Virus record (IMG/VR): IMGVR_UViG_3300033067_001922 | Location: 1 to 40,117 of that record | Length of the DNA stretch: 40,117 nt | Reading direction: 5' to 3' (one strand) | Source: a virus | Taxonomy: Duplodnaviria > Caudoviricetes | Part shown: positions 35,816-40,117 of the stretch, piece after piece | How positions within the stretch are numbered: the first letter of the stretch is position 1 | Layout of the letters: each line of letters begins with the position of its first letter | Program-made: the position numbers and the translations under genes | The notes under the pieces: model-generated | Told to the model about the DNA's origin: nothing | What the model saw: only the letters and a program-made list of their open reading frames with translations | Databases searched by the model: none

Positions 35816-37104
35816 CAACCCTCGACCAATTCGAAGTTGAGCCAAATGTAGCTTACTCTGGCTCCTACCTTGACGCGATCTTCTCTGGCAGCTTTGCTGA
35901 CGGAACAAGGCGGATCATTGCCTTGCAGACCAGCGGTTCCAATGAAGTTAGGTTGGCCCAGTTGCACTCAACCTATGGAGACTACAGCGGAGCAAACCGT
36001 ACAAGGAGCCTGGGTTCTGGTTTCCGTTTCAGGAGATTCGCTTCAAGCATTGAGCGATACGAAGACACGATCTTGCCAGATCCATACCAGTGCTATCTCC
36101 TGAACGGGGGACAAGTTGCATTGGCACAGGCTGAGCTTGGGCCAGCTCCAATTCTCATTACTGACGGAGATAGCTGGGTTATCAGCGGTGCCGTTGGAAA
36201 GCTGATCTACACAACCTACGGGGTAACGGCATCCCACTTGGATTATGGGACAAACATTGCCGACACCGTGTGGACATCAACCTTTCCATTCCAAGAGAGG
36301 TACAAGGACATTCCAAGGTTGATGGAGCAACGCCTTCGGAAGAATAACGTTTACGTTCCAATCTCCGAGTCCTATACCTTGGCTTCCGGCAAGGGTGTAA
36401 GGTACGGGACGTATGTCACCTCTGTTCCATCCAGCTCCTTGACAACCGTCGAATTCATCATGCCCAGGGTTAGCATCCTTGGACCTGATACAGTTGGCGG
36501 AAAGGGCGGGACGGAGCCAGTACGGTACACTTTGCTCGATGTCACCGGTTCCGTTTCGGCAGCGGACGAGCTGTTCTACAGCATCACCAGCGAGCTGTAT
36601 CCGCCTGCCGCTCCAGGACCTTTCGGCATCACAAGGGGAACTATCAACCCTGTTGAAAAGCAGTTGACGAAGGTACTTTTTGGGATTGGAGACAACTACC
36701 AGAACGTTCCAATTGTCACCGCAGTAACTTCCAGCAAGCACTACTCCACGGCTGGGGTGATCAATGGGTACTACGTTTCCTCTGTTGACATCCGTGGATG
36801 GAAATACGGAGTTGTAAGCGGTTTCCCTCTCTACAGCGATTGCGTCTTCAGGAGCAGCCGCTTTGGCCAATTCAGGGATATGCTGGAGCAGAGGAAGTTC
36901 ACCAAGTTCTACAACGTTGAGGGAGTTTCAGCCGATGGTCGTAACACCGGACGAAGAGAATCCCTTGGTGCCATTGTGAATGTCCGTTTTGTCAGCGGAT
37001 CAGCTTCAGCTATTTCTGCAAGCAATCCGTCTGTTTACAACACGAGCGACTCCGGGATCTACGATTTTGAGTGCAAGGCGGCACAGCCATTTAGCGATAT
37101 TTGA
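35812..37104 (+). CDS. Putative virion structural protein
   Basis: ATGA-coupled; contains IRGWKYGV...FRSSRFGQFRDMLEQR. Confidence 0.65.
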   Translation: MTTLDQFEVEPNVAYSGSYLDAIFSGSFADGTRRIIALQTSGSNEVRLAQLHSTYGDYSGANRTRSLGSGFRFRRFASSIERYEDTILPDPYQCYLLNGGQVALAQAELGPAPILITDGDSWVISGAVGKLIYTTYGVTASHLDYGTNIADTVWTSTFPFQERYKDIPRLMEQRLRKNNVYVPISESYTLASGKGVRYGTYVTSVPSSSLTTVEFIMPRVSILGPDTVGGKGGTEPVRYTLLDVTGSVSAADELFYSITSELYPPAAPGPFGITRGTINPVEKQLTKVLFGIGDNYQNVPIVTAVTSSKHYSTAGVINGYYVSSVDIRGWKYGVVSGFPLYSDCVFRSSRFGQFRDMLEQRKFTKFYNVEGVSADGRNTGRRESLGAIVNVRFVSGSASAISASNPSVYNTSDSGIYDFECKAAQPFSDI

Positions 37105-37148
37105 AGTATTCGAGGATAGCATCCAGCACTTGCTAACCTTGGATACTT
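37104..37148 (+). other. 17-bp imperfect stem-loop
   Basis: aagtattcgaggatagc pairs with gctaaccttggatactt (one mismatch, two G-U pairs) around an 11-nt loop. Confidence 0.55.
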
Positions 37149-37154
37149 ACCAGC

Positions 37155-37190
37155 ATGGGTTTTCTCGACTCAAAATCGCGGATTTGGTAA
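37155..37190 (+). pseudogene. Orphaned original 5' end of gene 37947..38972 (MGFLDSKSRIW*)
   Basis: Matches MAGFLSSKSRIM at 37947 and retains TACTTA 5 nt upstream of its ATG. Confidence 0.8.
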
Positions 37191-37209
37191 CCGCGTTCTA
37201 GTTACCAAT

Positions 37210-37944
37210 ATGGCATCTGGCATTTACAAAATCATCAACAAGAACAACAAAAGAGTCTACATTGGATCGTCACAAAATTTGAAGTCAAGATGGAAAGTTC
37301 ACCTTTACCGATTGAGACATCAAACTCACCACAATCAATTTCTGTCCAACGATTTTGCTAAATGTGGCGAGCAGGCATTTGAATTTGTTGTTGTTGAGGA
37401 GTGCGAGAAAGAGTTTTTGGTTATCCGAGAACAGTTTTGGTTGAATCACTATTACGACGATCAAAACCAGTGCTACAATTTGCGTAAAGTAGCCGAATCG
37501 AATAGAGGATTCAAAATGTCTGATACTTCCAGACGAAAAAAGTCTGCTGCTATGAAAGGACGAACGCCGAGGCCCGAAGTCCTAGAGGCGAGTCGGCAAG
37601 CTAGGCTTGGTGCTAAGCTTCCACCAGACGTTTGTGCTAAAATGGCTAATTATCAACGCAACAGAACTATCGAACACCAGCAAAGGTTGAATCAAGCCAA
37701 TGCAGACAAATGGCAAGTGCCAGGATATCGAGAAAAAATGTCGCAAGCTCACCGTCGTCCGGTCCCAAGTAGACGAAAGAAGATCATTCAACTTACAAAA
37801 CAGGGTGAAGTGATTGGCAACTACCTTGGAGCAGACGAGGCTTCAGCAGCTACAGGAGTGAATGCTTCCAATATTCGTGAGGTGGCCAGCGGAAAAGGTC
37901 GGAAAAAGACCGCGGGTGGCTTTATTTGGAAGTATGAGGAATAG
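37210..37944 (+). CDS. GIY-YIG homing endonuclease
   Basis: SGIYKIIN...VYIGSS...RW..H and C-terminal EASAATGV...KTAGGFIWKY. Confidence 0.92.
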   Translation: MASGIYKIINKNNKRVYIGSSQNLKSRWKVHLYRLRHQTHHNQFLSNDFAKCGEQAFEFVVVEECEKEFLVIREQFWLNHYYDDQNQCYNLRKVAESNRGFKMSDTSRRKKSAAMKGRTPRPEVLEASRQARLGAKLPPDVCAKMANYQRNRTIEHQQRLNQANADKWQVPGYREKMSQAHRRPVPSRRKKIIQLTKQGEVIGNYLGADEASAATGVNASNIREVASGKGRKKTAGGFIWKYEE

Positions 37945-37946
37945 AG

Positions 37947-38972
37947 ATGGCTGGCTTTCTTAGTTCGAAATCACGTATCATGGACACCATTATCACCCTG
38001 GAAGGCCGTCGACAGATCGCCACGGGGAAAATGAAGGCGGAATACTACTCCTTCACTGATACTGGAGCCTTCTACAGCCAAGACCTTTCCACCAGTGCTT
38101 CACTTGATGGAACAAGGCGTCCTTACCTGGAAGCTGTTTCCCTTCCCCAGGACAGCATTACCTTTGAGTCGGACGATGCTGGGAAGCTGGTTAACTTTCG
38201 TTCGTCCACTTCGGCTGTCAGAAACGGTAAGATCATGACCGTGGTGACCTCTTCCACGGAGCTTTCCGGCACAACTGGTAGGGTTTATCTCCCAGCCGAG
38301 AACAACGTGTTTTCCTCGATGGCAAACACCCTCCTCAGCGAGTCCTTGGGTTCTTTCCAGAAGAACAGGATCATTGGAAGTCCCGATCCTTTGGATGAGA
38401 ACAGGGAGCTCTTCTTGGTCAACAAGAGCGAGGTGGCCTTCAGAATCTCTGACGACTCGCCATTCGCCCCAGGAGACAGAAGTGAATCGAGTGTGGAGAC
38501 GACAGATGGACTCTTCATTGACTCCAAGCTCAGTCATCTCCCCAACTTCCAATACCTTCCCCCAATCAACAAGTATCGCCCTGGGGACTCCACGGTAAAC
38601 TTGCTTGGGAACTATCCGATCTTGAATCAACGTCCAAAGTTGACTTTTGATGATGTTGAGAAGGAATTGGATGTGGCAACCAGGAAGGGATATTCCACCG
38701 AAGTTTCCTTTGATGAGACCTCCAGAGCCAACAACCTCGTGTGCCAGATGTTTGAGCTGGGGCAAAATGAGATTGTCAAGCTGGACATCATCGACTTTGG
38801 TCTCTTCAACATCCGTGGGGAGGACATCTCTGAGTCGGACAGGAAGAGGCAGGAGAAAGATCCAAGGACTCGACCTATCAGGAGTAAGAGAGTCTTCTTT
38901 GCTGGGAAGGTCTTCACCGACGATGCCGGGGTCCATAAGTTCATCAACCTTTTCACCTTGGTATTCGAGTAG
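37947..38972 (+). CDS. Putative virion structural protein
   Basis: MAGFL..KSRIMDTIITLEGRRQIA start, typical of large-phage structural clusters as I recall them; contains HLPNFQYLPP. Confidence 0.65.
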   Translation: MAGFLSSKSRIMDTIITLEGRRQIATGKMKAEYYSFTDTGAFYSQDLSTSASLDGTRRPYLEAVSLPQDSITFESDDAGKLVNFRSSTSAVRNGKIMTVVTSSTELSGTTGRVYLPAENNVFSSMANTLLSESLGSFQKNRIIGSPDPLDENRELFLVNKSEVAFRISDDSPFAPGDRSESSVETTDGLFIDSKLSHLPNFQYLPPINKYRPGDSTVNLLGNYPILNQRPKLTFDDVEKELDVATRKGYSTEVSFDETSRANNLVCQMFELGQNEIVKLDIIDFGLFNIRGEDISESDRKRQEKDPRTRPIRSKRVFFAGKVFTDDAGVHKFINLFTLVFE

Positions 38973-39008
38973 GTGAAACGTTACTTCGACCTACTTAGCT
39001 TCGTGAGA

Positions 39009-39755
39009 ATGCAATATGAAGGCCATGCTAATAAAGGTGGCGTATACAAAATTGTCAACACCCTGAATGGTCGATTCTACATTGGCTCCTGCAAAGGATT
39101 CAAACAGCGGTGGAGCCAGCATCTCGCCCAACTTGAAAATGGCAAGCACCACAACCAATTCCTTCTCAATGACTACAGGAAGTGCGGCCCCGCCGCCTTT
39201 GAGGTCGTTGTCCTTGAAGTGATCGACGGAGACCAACTTCTCAGGCTCGCTCGGGAACAAGAGTTGCTTGATAATTTGTACGACAACCAAACGAGTTGCT
39301 ACAATCTATCCCCTTATGCCAAATCGCCAGCAGGCGCAAAGCAAAAAGGAAGGAAAATTATTGATAGAGCCAACTGGGGCATGACTGGCAAAAAGCATAG
39401 TGAAGCTGCAAAAGCAAAAATGTCGGCTTCTAAACTTGGGAGACAAACTGGGTCGGCACATCACATGCATGGCAAGTCTCACACGGAGAAAGCTAAGCAG
39501 AAAAATGCCGCTGCTCACACAGGCTCGCGAAACTACATGTATGGCAGAAAACAAACCTTCGAATCAAATGAAAAGCGCAGGCTTTCTCGTTCGAGACCCG
39601 TTGAACAACTCACTAAAGAAGGTAATTTAGTGGCTTCTTTTATTGGTGCAAAAGCTGCCAGTGAGGCAACTGGCATTCACCATTCAGCAATAATCAATTG
39701 CGTAAATGGCAAAGCTAAAAGTGCAGGCGGATTCGTTTGGAGACGAAAATCATGA
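39009..39755 (+). CDS. GIY-YIG homing endonuclease (NUMOD3, NUMOD1-like)
   Basis: GGVYKIVN...FYIGS...RW..H, GKKHSEAAKAKMS and KSAGGFVW. An alternative GTG start lies at 38973. Confidence 0.9.
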   Translation: MQYEGHANKGGVYKIVNTLNGRFYIGSCKGFKQRWSQHLAQLENGKHHNQFLLNDYRKCGPAAFEVVVLEVIDGDQLLRLAREQELLDNLYDNQTSCYNLSPYAKSPAGAKQKGRKIIDRANWGMTGKKHSEAAKAKMSASKLGRQTGSAHHMHGKSHTEKAKQKNAAAHTGSRNYMYGRKQTFESNEKRRLSRSRPVEQLTKEGNLVASFIGAKAASEATGIHHSAIINCVNGKAKSAGGFVWRRKS

Positions 39756-40117
39756 AGGTAACCATTACTCGACAGAACGGGATCTTGACTGTCCCAAATG
39801 ACTTCGCTTCCTTTGTGGGAGTAACAGCTCGGGGTCAGTTCCACTACAAGATCAAATACTCCGTTAACGCCGTCCGTGCCATCAAGAAGCGGGCGTATCT
39901 GACAAAGATTAGCGTTTCGACGGTTTCGCCAGAAACGAAGGCTGTTTCCTTGTTCTCTGGAACCAATGGTCAGGACTTGGTTGCTGGTCTCTTGCGTCAA
40001 TCTTCCAGCAAGATTGAAGCAGGACGAGCTTTTGCCAAGGGGTTGGTAACCTCAATCATCAGCGACATTACCAGTAAGTTCCCAAACGATAGAACTAGGG
40101 AGCTTAACAACCTCAAG
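39752..40117 (+). CDS. Hypothetical (probably structural) protein, truncated by the window end
   Basis: ATGA overlap; open frame MKVTITRQNGILTVPNDFASF... runs to the end of the window. Confidence 0.65.
   Translation, partial: MKVTITRQNGILTVPNDFASFVGVTARGQFHYKIKYSVNAVRAIKKRAYLTKISVSTVSPETKAVSLFSGTNGQDLVAGLLRQSSSKIEAGRAFAKGLVTSIISDITSKFPNDRTRELNNLK

Noticed and set aside
1-40117. tRNA/rRNA genes or stop-codon reassignment
   Set aside because: No intergenic space with a tRNA-like cloverleaf was seen, and TAA, TAG and TGA all terminate full-length recognisable genes.

Overview
This window looks like part of a large T4-like or jumbo myophage genome. It is densely coded, mostly on the + strand, in the standard genetic code. 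About 1-20.7 kb is an accessory and glycan-modification region: at least 6 glycosyltransferases, a UDP-glucose/GDP-mannose dehydrogenase, a radical SAM enzyme, a methyltransferase, a PD-(D/E)XK nuclease and ADP-ribosyltransferase-like proteins. About 21-40 kb holds a gp55-like late sigma factor and baseplate/tail genes. One HNH and four GIY-YIG free-standing homing endonucleases are scattered through it. The most striking signal is two arrays (4651-5589 and 11578-12245) of nine 44-77 aa overlapping ORFs. All nine share a (N/S/G/R)PFRxTx(L/I/V) peptide tag, and most are fused to short pieces resembling conserved segments of the gp23-type major capsid protein or the terminase Walker A. Also notable: homing endonucleases that appear to have replaced the 5' end of the gene they invaded, leaving a dead stub, and a TAnTTA motif most often exactly 5 nt before ATG (candidate leaderless late promoter). 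All family assignments come from motif recognition by eye; no database searches were run.
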